A stretch of DNA of 64,000 nt from Lama guanicoe (Eukaryota): positions 5,405,757 through 5,469,756 of the forward strand of contig MU054187.1 in NCBI GenBank assembly GCA_013239625.1, written 5' to 3'. The position numbers were made by a program, and so were the translations under genes. Each line of letters begins with the position of its first letter. Position 1 is the stretch's first letter. The notes under the pieces are model-generated. The model worked only from the letters and a program-made list of their open reading frames with translations, ran no database searches and had not been told where the DNA came from. Of the stretch, positions 38,364-50,600 are shown one piece after another.

Positions 38364-38985
38364 TTCTACATAGAGACGTGCTGCCAGGCAAGAGGGGTGG
38401 AGACAGCTGGAGGACAGTGACCAGTGATGATGCTGACACAAATTTAGAACAATAATGAAGGTTGTGTTCTGAATCAAGACTAACCCAGTGAAATAATAAC
38501 AATGATTCATTAGAAGATACTCAAGTGCTAGGACCAGGAAAGGACAAGGCAGATCATCATCGGATTTACAAGTTTCCATCAAAGTGAGCTGCCCTCATGC
38601 AACAGGATGAACTGTTCTATGAGTCTGACTCATATTGGATGCATCTCAAGCAACTCCATTTCCCATTCTTAGTGTTTTGCTTCTGGCTCCCAGAAAAATG
38701 CTGCTGTCCTCACATTCTTTAGCACAATGTCTCCCTGAACATTTTCTTTCAGATTTCCTTCAGTTCTTACGACAACACTGTAATAATCCTTCCATAGCTG
38801 AAGGTCACTTTAGTTGTATTTCAGCCGTGTGTTTATATTACTAAATTTCACGGGATTTCATAGGTCCATAAGGACCAAGCAGCAAGAACTCCACGGCATG
38901 GACTGTTATCTGTAAAATTAGACAAAGATGTATCAGCTGACAGAGAACAGTGATGATAATGATGATCATGATGACTAGTTAGCTT

Positions 38986-39037
38986 TATAATTATAATATA
39001 TTATATAATTATATAATATAATATATAATAATTATAT
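38986..39037. repeat. AT-only low-complexity (TATAAT)n-like tract
   Basis: Direct reading of the sequence. Confidence 0.9.
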
Positions 39038-42000
39038 TTTTAACTTCTAGGATGCATTCCCATGTCTTACTTCTTTTATGCCTTAAAAAAAATCCGGTAA
39101 CACTTGATATCTATTATTGTCTCCATCTTCTCGTAAATGAGACTGTTGACTTTTTTTGAGTGTCAGTGGCTCACACTAAGGTCGTGGTACAGTTGGGACT
39201 AGGAACCACGCAGTAGCAGTTGACGATTAAGGACATTTTGAGAAAAGGCAAGATACTCACAAATTCACAAACTTTTCTGAATTCTCTAGATTATTGAGTG
39301 GGATTTGTATTTATGATGGGACAAGGGTGTTGGGCTGAATTATCAAGCTGCCAGGCACTTGTCTAAAGGTCTGATGTCCCCATAGAATAAAATACGCGGG
39401 GAAGTGGAAGTGGAAATCTCACAGCCGGGAACTAGTAAGAAAAAAGAAAATGGAGTGGAATCAGCCTTCACATAATCTAGGTAGGTTTAAAAGACATTTT
39501 TATATAATCAATCACAAAAGAAGTCAAGTGTAAAACTTCAGTCCTTAGTAGAGAATAATTTTGGAAATAAAACTATAAAATACCCTAGCCCTTTGTACAC
39601 AGTACTATGAGATATTAAAACTAGATACTTGCTGCTCTGTTAACATTGCTTTTTTTTTTTAACTACTAACTAAAACGCTGTAGGATTAGAGTTACTGCTC
39701 TTTAGATCCTAAATAATGAATGTCCCAGCAGGGCGGTTTGTGAGTTACATATGTTGGCATAATCATACATCAAAGTAATTCAAACTAAGAAACATGTATT
39801 ACTTCCTGGGACAGAACATTCTCTTAAGATTATAGATAAAGAACATTCTCTTAAGGAAGGAATAAAAGCCAACTTGACCTTGAGCAATGGGGAAAATTTT
39901 CTTTTGAGGATTTAAAACCCTTGATCCTATATCTTTCTCTTTTCAAGCCTTTGATCTTTCTTTCATTATTATTATTTTTGTTGAAGTATCCTTCATTATT
40001 ATTTTAAAGTCTGCAAAGTATCTGTGTATATGTTTTAAGTTCCTCAGCATCTTTTTGGAAGGAGCTTGCTACGGGTGCTTGTTATGAACAGATGAGATAA
40101 ATATTATATCTGCCTTGTAGTGGAAGATACAGCACTTGTCGCTCAGAATGGTGCGGAACAAAGGAACTATTGAAAGAGTAAGAAAAAAAAGGACCATTCA
40201 AGCACTTGGAATTGTCTTTCTTGGGCTAAATTGAGGAATATTATTTTTCTCAAAGCAGATGATATACCTGTCTGAAAAAGTGATCATTCCTGGTAACAAA
40301 CTTCTGGGTAAGTATTTGCTAGAGAGAGCAGCCTGTTCCAATGATGGCTTTATTTAATGACTGAACAGTGTTCGAGATAAGAATAGGATGCCACTGACCA
40401 TAAGATATGCCAATTGATTTGTTTTCAGGGATAGCATTAGGTTGCATTTAATGAGCACAGTAATGTGTGCTTTTAAAGCCTTGGTGATAATTTTAACTTA
40501 CTACTTAAGTAACGAAAAATCATAATTCAGTGCATGATTTTCTAAAAGAATTAGTATAATATAAGCAGTACGTTCTAGGATGTCTAACCACAGTCCTCTT
40601 TCATTCTGGAGATGCTCCTGATGGAGAAGATAATGAAAACCCCACCTCTACACTTGCAGTTGTTTGCTCTGCCACGCTAGCAGCCAGACCAAAAGGGTGC
40701 CTTTCCTGGTGCACACAAGTGACCCAAGGAAACTTGGGGTAAGCACAGGGGTGCTGCCTGATCCCAGGACAGCATTATCGATTCAGCTAATACACACAGT
40801 GTCACAGACACTGATTTACCTCCACAACATGCGAGAAAAGCTCTCCTCTTACCTGTTCACACAAGGATGCTGAAGCTAACAGAGAGAGTTAAGGGAGCCC
40901 AAACTCTTGTTTCTAAATCCATAGGGCCTCGGCTGATCAGACTCATTTAAAAAAATAATAATAAAAGGATAAAACTGCCAAAGAGCAGATCATCAATAAA
41001 CGGGAGTAAGAAACACTGGAAATTCTAAACCCTTTTGCATCCAGTGCTAAGATGACAGGTGTGTTACTATGTCTGGTCCATGGCCCTACATTTCTTCACA
41101 TAATTAACCTCCAGTCTAATCTGATTAGATACAAAGTACTCCACTAACAAGGGAAACATCGGTGGGGGACAAATGGGTGGATACAGAGGGAGGGCTTGTC
41201 CTTGAAAATTCTCCCTACTCCCTTTATGCTTTTTGGTAAAACTGCCTGTGGACGCACAATCACAGGTATCTTTGAAACTATTCAAAGCTTTCTGTTTGCT
41301 GCATATAAGCAGGGCCCCACGCTTTAATGTCTGACTCAATTTTCTGCAGTCTATTCATGAATACGCAACATGACTGCAATCAATTATAAAGCTTCCAGGT
41401 TCATGTGAATGCATGCATCTTAGGGTACCTTTTCTTACAGGCAAAACCATGGTAGGTCTGTATTGAAGTACATTCTCTGTAATGCATTTCCATTGAAAGT
41501 GAAAGAACTGCTTGCAAAAGATGTAAGACTGTATATAATGATCAGCACAGTTAGCTAATATCGGGAAATTACATTCACTCCACGGTGTGTACGGATGTTA
41601 TGTAGTTTGGGGCTCTTGTGTGTCGCTTGTCAAACTAGTCACGCTCATCGTGTTTCTTTCTGGGCCTGTTCCATGAACCTTCCCTGTCTTTGGTCAGACC
41701 TTCAAAAATGGCTGTCTTTAAAAAGTTGATTTGGAATACCTCCGGCCATAAACTTTAAATATTTCCCCCCGAAACTCTTCGGGACGCAAATGTGGCTTGA
41801 ATTTTCTGTAACTATTTATCTGTTCGTTGTGCGAAGTATTTCCTGTAGGTGGTCCATACTCCCATCCAGGTGAAGGGGGTTGCCAGTGGGAAGTCAAAAA
41901 AAATAAACTTTAAAAAGGCTCTCCAAAAGTAGAGTTGGGAAACTGTTCATTTGACCTTCAGTGACAAAGCTTATGCCTCACAAATTGATTAATACAGATA

Positions 42001-42247
42001 CAATATCAAATCATTTTTCATACAATTTTTTAATGTTTGTTAAGTGCTGGAGCAGTATGTAAACAGAGTATTTGGCATTTTTATTAGGCTGCGGAACTCA
42101 GTCATTTCCTTTGCAACAACATCTCATAAACTATTTTGACAGTCTAATAAACTATAAAAAGCTGTGGTAAAAACTGGCTCTGAATGTTATAACCGTACAA
42201 AATGGAAAGAGCAAGAGAAAACATCTATCACCAGGATTATTATCACT

Positions 42248-42382
42248 GTTGCTATGGCAACCTGGTTGCAATGGCAATATCTCCACGGTTCTGCTGTTTG
42301 TTATCATCTTTCTTGATTTTACATCATTGAAATTGTAGTAATTACACTGTGCCTGATGAAAAATGCATGCTGTCATGGCAAC
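42248..42382. promoter_or_regulatory. RFX X-box cluster (candidate enhancer or promoter)
   Basis: GTTGCTATGGCAAC (42248-61), GTTGCAATGGCAAT (42265-78), GCTGTCATGGCAAC (42369-82) in a repeat-free block. Confidence 0.65.
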
Positions 42383-45300
42383 TAAGTCAAATATTCTTAA
42401 TCATTTCACCTCTTCAATCTAAAATGTAATTGTTTGTCAGTAAAATAGGTTATACAGCAGGCTTCTATGGACTTATGATTGCCTTAAGTGTTCTGCAGAA
42501 AACACTGCTTTTAGGCTCAAGACCCTAAGCCAGACTAATAGCCTGAGATGGTAAACAATGACTCATTATAATAAGTAAGCAGCATTAATTGTAGAGTGAC
42601 TTCTCCAGTGTGGCAAAATTACAAACCCAGTGACTTTAATATAGCACTTAAAATCAAAGACGCAAGAGAATACTTTCAGTCATCCTAATATCTTCAGTCA
42701 ATTATTTGAATCAGATGTTATGTTCATTTTGGTGTGCCCCACGTATATTTTATGAGTCAGTGTCTTCTGATGAATATACGTTAGAATGTTTTCTTTGCAC
42801 GGTGCGTAATTAAAGCACAAAGGAAGACTCCTTTCTGCAAATATAAAAAAATAAAAAATAAATTAATAAGATATAAAAAGAATCCCCTTCGAACTAGAGC
42901 AGTCGGTAACAATACAAGTCTGTCAGCTATTCCTTAAACTAACGTGTTTTATGTAATGTTTTCAAAAGAACAAGATTTTTTGGCCATATCTGCCTATGTA
43001 TCTGAGTAATATGCATGTTCTATTAGAAAAGAATGGAAGAATCAATATATAAAGTTGTGCTATAAATGCCAAATGTACCCTCCTGAGTGGGAATCCATAA
43101 ATAAACTGTAAGATTTCAATAGTGACATGGAAACTATAATACACATTTTTTATAATGACGTATTCTATCTTCTCAGAACGATGGAAATTTTGCTTGAGTG
43201 AGGAGAGTAAATTGAGTCTAAGAAATCTTTTCTTTTGATAATAGCAGAATTTTCATAGCTCAGCTCATATTTCTCCTGTTTAATTTTTGATGTAATGAGG
43301 CTATAAATGAGAGCAGCAAAATATTATTTTATGCTTTTTCAAGAATGTATGAATAGTAGACTTATCTTTGTGTCCGTATGTGTGCGTGCTTTACGTTTGG
43401 AAACACAGGATGAGCTAAGCGTTATATCCTCTAGGTTTTCGATTCATGGAGACAATTCTATTGCAAACAGAAAATTACATACTTCCATTGCAAACACAGC
43501 TAATTGCAATTCTTCCCTCCATATACCGACATTTCTCCTTTTTGTTAGCATGTCATTACTTTTACAGGACAAACAGGTAATAGGTAGCTGAAATATGATT
43601 AATCCATTTCTGCCCAAAGCAGATGTCTTTGCTATTGTAAAGCCCAGATTTTATCAACACTGGGGGAGGGGAAGAGAAATGAAATGCAAGTATGTTTTTT
43701 CAGAGCTTGGGCACCGATGTATTTATAATGATGATAGTAATTTGATTGTGACGGTTTGCTTCATCTTTAATGGATTTAATCATAAAATTGGTTTAAAATG
43801 TATTCATTGCTTCTACATGAAAGCAAAATATTGCTCAAATAAAATGAATATGAAACACTGAAATGCAAAAAGGCTTGTTATTAATAATAACTTTAATTAA
43901 AAGTAAAATCTTTTAAAGAAAAAAGCAGAGTAGCCCACTTTAAGAACAGACTCAACCTATTAGTCAAGCCTGCTACTAGTTAAAAAGCAATGCAGCCAGT
44001 GACTATTAAGGTGTACTCGCCAGAAGGTAAAAAATCAGCAGTGGGCAATGGCAACTTTTAAGGACGTCAGATAATGTATCATCGAAACTCTTGAAGTTGT
44101 TTAGAATTAGAAATTAGTAGAAATATAATCTGAATAAATATCTTCAGCCCAGAGTCACTGAAACCGCAAAATAACTCGGAAGGACATCTTTGTGTGAGAA
44201 TCCTACGATTGATATAGTTTTAATACTGTAATCACTTCCCCAAAACCATCACCTTAAACTCTAGCTTCCTGAGGGCTGTGTCTATGGGGGGACGTATGGT
44301 GTCAGTAAGGTGGCAGCCACAGTTGTGGCCATATCTCCTGTCCCCTCCTTCCTACCCCCCCACCCCCAGGATATGATTAATACTAGACTTAAAGATTGTA
44401 AGAAATATATATATATGTGAACAAAGTTCACAGCTCTATGTTAACTTAAGGCTTTCTTTCAGCTTGAACCTGCCCCAATAGCTGATCAATTTTCTAGTTT
44501 CTAATTAAAATCCCCATAAGAAACAGACTGGTTTGTCTCATCCTTGTTTGGGCCGGATTCCCACTTCGACCCTTCACTGGCTGCTGGCTTGACTTGGAGA
44601 GGACTGTGGCCACTCAGCAGCTCTGTCCCCGGGTGACCCCTCTTCTTGTCCACTCAGCTGTAGACAAGTACACATGGCATCACCTGGGCCAGAGCCGGAT
44701 GGCGCCTGGCTGGACCCTCAGCGGGAAATCAAACTTTCATCTCTTTATCAAACACCCACTGTGCCCAGATGTGGTGCCAGTCACTGGTGGAGGCACTTGG
44801 GGTTTTGTTGGCCCCCCAAAGCCCCTCAACCCCTGCTTTTATGGAGTCATTTTCCTTTGAAGGAGCTGTCGCGTGGCAGACACCATTTTTCACGTAACAC
44901 GTCAGCTTCCTTACCCACGTCCTAATGGTGGGGACCAACTCAGTTTGCACAAGCAGATTACGTTGTAAACTCTGAAGTGGTATAGGAACACAAGTGATCG
45001 TTATTACATAATCTAATTTCTCCTCCCCTTCAGGAAATTTTCTCCTCCATTCTTCTCACTGTCAGTTGTGAGCTCAGGGAATTCAAATTAATTTAAAGAT
45101 TAGACTGAGTAAAACATAATTAGGAAGGTAAATGTTCAGGGGAAGAGAGGGCAGCAGAAAATGCATTCCAGACATAACTATAAGTGATGCTTGTGTTATC
45201 TGCCATTTTTACATGATCTGTGTCACTGTCCCCATTCTTTGGCATGGATGATTTGAAACTGATGACAGTTCTACACATGCACACAAAAGTCACAATAGGA

Positions 45301-46749
45301 AATGAGGAGTATTAGAAGCTAAGTCCAAAGACGTCTCTGCATAAATTTGATTTAGAAATACAAGTTAAATAAGGTTTTTAGTTTTGTGTTAAACAGACAT
45401 ATTTGACTGAATAAATTGTCTTCTAAAAATCTGAAGATGCAGATGTAGCTTAAATTTCAGCTGTATCTCAGCCCTGGAATGTTTCCAAATGTTTCCTTAA
45501 AATATACAAAAGCAGCAACATCATGTAGGACAGAATATTTAGGACCTAAAATATTTAACTCCTGTTGCTCAGCCTGTGTGTGTGTATGCGTGTATGTATT
45601 TTAACAACTTTTATGCGATGAGACATTTCAGGTATCTTTTATTAACTAGAAGCCTCTGATACCCAGAGAAAAGTCCTAAAGATGAAATTTTCTCTTTATA
45701 AACTCCAGAGGACTTCTTTTAGAATTCTGATTGGTCAATGTTTTTACTGCTTATTATTTTCCCATAAAACAGACTATTAAATCAGTCAGAATTAAAGAGT
45801 ACCACATTGGAAAGTGTTTCAGATCTGGAAATCAGAACATTCACATTCTTATGGAATCTTCTCAAAAAGCTAAAGATAACGAAACTTGGAAAAAAAAGCA
45901 TTTTGCTTTTGTGAATCACAAGTTAGATATTAAATATTTCTTACAGCCTCCAAGGCAAAAATACTATTATGGTATTGAAAATCTGAGCAACTTTTCTGCA
46001 CCACATTTTAACTTTGTTTGATGGAGCTCTTAGGTCAGAATAAAACTTCCAGACTCAGTAATGTGAATTTTGTTTCATTGTATCACCTTCTTAGAAATGC
46101 CTGCAGGCTTAGACTGATAATACTTCTAATAAATGACAAGCTTTTTAAATACATGGACTCAGGTCAGCATTTGAGCTAAGAATGTTTGAAAAAGCAATCT
46201 GTCTTTTTTTTTTTTCATTCATTTTCTACTCTATTTAGATATTGGAATCTCAAAATAAGAACTAAAACACTTATATGTAACTTGAAAAATACGTATTTTA
46301 AAAGTTTCTGTACTCTTTTATACGTAAAAATTTTTAAGTCACAACATAAAAATGCAAGCCAAGTCAGTATTAGCACATTTAGCATCATTTCAAACCAGCT
46401 TCCATGTTTTTGCCACTAAATGGAGCTAAAATTGTCAGGTCATTTGAGTTACACCAGTGAGACGCAAACATCATGGCTTTTTTTTCAGTAACAGCATTGG
46501 GTAAATGAGAGGATTAATTTTTCTGACACCGTGGTTCACCTCCTAACAACATACATGAAGGTGTTATAGGAATGCTCATAATGAATCAGAGAAGAACTTT
46601 AAAATAAAAGCTAAAAACAAAGACAAGCAAAGCCATGTTAGCCATGTTCTATTGCATTTTATTTAGAAGAATATTAAAATATAAGTGGATTTCTTATTCT
46701 CAGTAGCTACTTGCTAAATGGAAAGTCAAAGTTAGAATCTCAAACCTAG

Positions 46750-47690
46750 TATTAAAAAAAAAGACATGCAGATGGCCAACAGGCACAGGAAGAAAAATGA
46801 TCAACATCACCAATCATCAAAAACATGCAAATCAAAACCACAATGAGATATTATCTCACACCTGCCAGAATGGCTAATATCAAAAAGACAAAAAAATTAC
46901 AAGTATTGGAGAGGAGGTGAAGAAAAAGAGTCCCCCATTCACTGTTGGTGGGAATGTAAATTGGTGAGGCCACTGTGGAGAACAGTATGGAGATTCCTCA
47001 AAAAATTAAAAATAGAACTACCATATGATCCAGCAATTCTACATCTGGGTACTAGTGAAGAGAACACTAATTAGAGAAGATATATGTACCCCTATGTTCA
47101 TTGCAGCATTACTTACAATAGCCAAGATATGGAAGCAATCTGTGTTCATCAATAGGTAAATGGATAAAGAAGACGAAGTGTATATATACAATGGAATACT
47201 ACTCAGCCATAAAAAAGAATAGAATCTTGCTATTTGTGACAACATGGATGAACCTAGGAGATATAATGCTTAGTGAATGAAGTAAGTCAGACAGAGAGAC
47301 AGATATTGTATGATTTCACTTATATGTGTAACCTAAAATACAAAACAAACAAACAAAACAGAAACAGATTCATAGGTATAGAGAATAAGCTGGTGATTGC
47401 CAAGAAGAAGGAGGGTGAAGGGACGGGAGAAATAGATAAAGAAGATTAAGAGGCATAAACTTCCAGTTATAAAACCAGTAAGTCATGGGGATGTAATATA
47501 CAGAATAGGGAATATAGTCAACAATATTATACGTTATTGTTATATAATAATGATATTGTAATAACTTTAAATTGTGATGGATGGTAACACCTTATCATGC
47601 TGATCATTTCACAATGTATATGAATGTCAGATCATTATGTTGTACACCAGAAAATAATGTAACATTTTTATCCATTACACTTCAATTATA
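46750..47690 (+). mobile_element. 5'-truncated L1 (ORF2 end plus 3' UTR) with 16-bp TSD
   Basis: CAGATGGCCAACAGGCAC, ATGCAAATCAAAACCACAATGAGATA, TGATCCAGCAATT; TSD AGAATCTCAAA(C/A)CTAG at 46734-49 and 47691-706. Confidence 0.9.
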
Positions 47691-50600
47691 AGAATCTCAA
47701 AACTAGGGCATGAATGGAGAAGACAGCGAAGGACAATGTAAAACGTTTTCTTGAAAACCAGACAAAATCTCATGCCTCTCATCCATGAAATCTTCTTTTA
47801 AAAAACTTCTATTCAATCAATGATTTAAATTCTGCCCAGATTATGACTGCACGACGATTTATTGTGTATTGCTAGCATGGGAAATATCCTCTTGGATTAG
47901 GCCTTCTGTTTAGACTGTTAGGAAACAGAAAGTCAGAGTTTTGAAACTCAGAGTCCTGAACAGTCACCCTGGGATCTTCAGAGGAAAACCAGGGAAGTGG
48001 TGTGGAAGCCATGGTTCTCCTGGAAGATTATATATTCCTAAACTCTAAGGGAAATCTTGCATTACCTTCTCTTCTGCAACTATTTGATAAATATCTTGAA
48101 AGTTCAGTAAAATGGTTCAGTTTTACATGACAAGCAACACAACCCTAAGGAGCTCCAGTGGAAACAGGAACTCGTTGGCAGGTTCCAAGCACAGCTGGCC
48201 TCAGGGCTCAAGGCTGGCTGTAGGCTGGGCTTTTCTCATCTGCTTTGAGTGTCAGCTCTGCCTAGGGACAAGAAGGTGCCAGCTTGAGCCTCATTTCCTT
48301 TTAGTTTCAACTCCAGAAGGACAGAGTGAGCCCCTTTAATGGAAACTCTGGGAAAAAGCCCCGAGTTTCCATCTGCTTGTCTGACTTACAGTGCATCCAT
48401 CACTGGGGTGAGAAGAGTACATTGCACTCTGATTTAGACCTGGATTATAAACTTGACCTCTGAATTCAGGGTGATACAACCTCACCCCAGATGTGAGCCT
48501 CAAGAGCATAGGAAGCATGGCTGCCCAAATGGAAATCAGGGTATGTGGCTGGAAGATGGGGGGCATAGATGTGGAGAGGCAGTCAACACAAAGCCTCTAT
48601 GTTGTCAATGAACCATCTTCCATATCACTTCAAAATTAGCACATTCTCTTTCCTACTTTTTCTTGTTTTCCGCAACACATGGGATTCCCTCTCAACACAA
48701 CACTAACTCTTGCTTCACTATTATATTGAGTGAGTGATGCAATAGTGTGTTTGGGTACCATAAGCTGTGGTTTAAGGCAGCAAGTTCACTGTAAGAGGAT
48801 GGGGCACAATAGTGGTACCAGAGGAGGGAAAGATAGCGTGTTTTGGCAGCCCTTGGGTGTGTAGGAGTCTCAAAAGTTATAATAATAATAATAGAAAGGC
48901 TGTGAGTAGCTTCAAATTACTTTTTCTTTCTAATTGGCAATTAGTTCTAATTAACTTTTAATTAATATTCAATGTTTTCTTTAACAAATGGAACCCTGAT
49001 GAGATCACATCTGTTAATACCACTCCATTTCTATTTTGGTATTCTACAATTTTCCATTGTGACTGTAGCAAGCGCAACTTCAGACAAAAAAAGTGATCAC
49101 CTTTTAGCCAGGATGAAAAGGTGGCCTGATTTAAAGTCATTGTGCTTCCAATGTGATTTCGGCAAACACTAAGACTATGAAATTGGATTTTGCTCTACAA
49201 TCTTAAGAGATAGGATCAGGAATTAGAAGTTACAGCCAGCCACTTCTTTCTGGCTTCAGTAAAAATTCTTTTTAAGAATTGCAAGCTGTATAAAAATCCC
49301 CTTTTTATCTGTGATGGGCACACAGAACAGAATGTAAAATGTTGAACATAATGCATAGAAAGATGCATAAAGATCTCTTTCATCCAGTTACTTCAGAGAT
49401 AAATTTAAAGTACAGAGAGAATTTTTATGCAATTCTATACAACCAATATTACTAGAAGAAAAAAAATACAGAAAAATCTGCAGGTATCTTACTTTACAGA
49501 AAGTTGAACCTTGAAAGAAAATGCTGCCTTATTATCTGACAATTAGTTCCCATAGCTTTCCAAAGTTCTGTTGCTTTTAGACTGCTTGTGGACATCATTC
49601 AGATAATTTTTTTTTTTGCTTCATTCTTGAGTTTTTTGGTCCAGCTAGTGTTTGGGTTTGTGCTTTAGATAATCTTTCTTTGTATCTGTGTTTCTTTATT
49701 TTTTTTTTTATTTTGGGGGGAGGTAATTAGTTTTCCTTTATTTGTGAGCAAGCTTTTAGTAAATACGTGGATGCACATCCTTTCAGATTATCTCAATTTT
49801 ACCTTTGCTGATTAGGATAAGTTTTCAAACCTGCTTCTGCAATTGCTTAATATTATATAAAACTGAAACCATTTTCATCATGATGTGTGGATTAAGTAGA
49901 ATAACTGGGGTCCATCAAGTCATTTCTCAATTTCAAGCAGAAGTCAGAGTGGGCAAACCACAGACGCTTCTGGCTAATTTTTGGTTTGAACATCCAATTT
50001 CACTCTCCTTGATGAGAGGCCAAAATTCAAAACTTTGATTTAAAGAAGCAAAATTCAAGGGGTCTGACTATTCTTCTTAATGTTGGCTGCAGAACTGAGG
50101 TTTAAGGAACTGGTTTATTGGGAAGAGATTCTGGCCCTTGTAGAGTAAAAATTAAGATGGTTATATTTGAGTAAATGAGTTGCAGTTATTTCTTTTCTGC
50201 TTGAAAACGAAAAATAATTTGCCAAACCCTAAATTTTCTTTTCTACATTGATCTTCTATTGCCCAAGATACTTTGGAAATGTGAATAACGTTTTCCTTTA
50301 GCCAACCAACCATCATAATTATAATAAACAGATGAAATCTTGTGACTTAACAAAAATAATATTTGATGATTTCTTGAAGGAATTGAACTGTCTTTTCGAA
50401 CACATATTTCTAAGATAGTGCATTATGCAGGGGGACAACATGTGTTATGAGAGACTTGTTTCAGTAAGATATTTGATAAAATGACAACATGTAATTATTA
50501 ATAAACTTTCTTGAACTTTATTGTACATTGAAATTATTATTATTATTATTATTTTGGACAGGGCACTTACGAAGAAATAGAGTGATACGTGACCAAGAGC

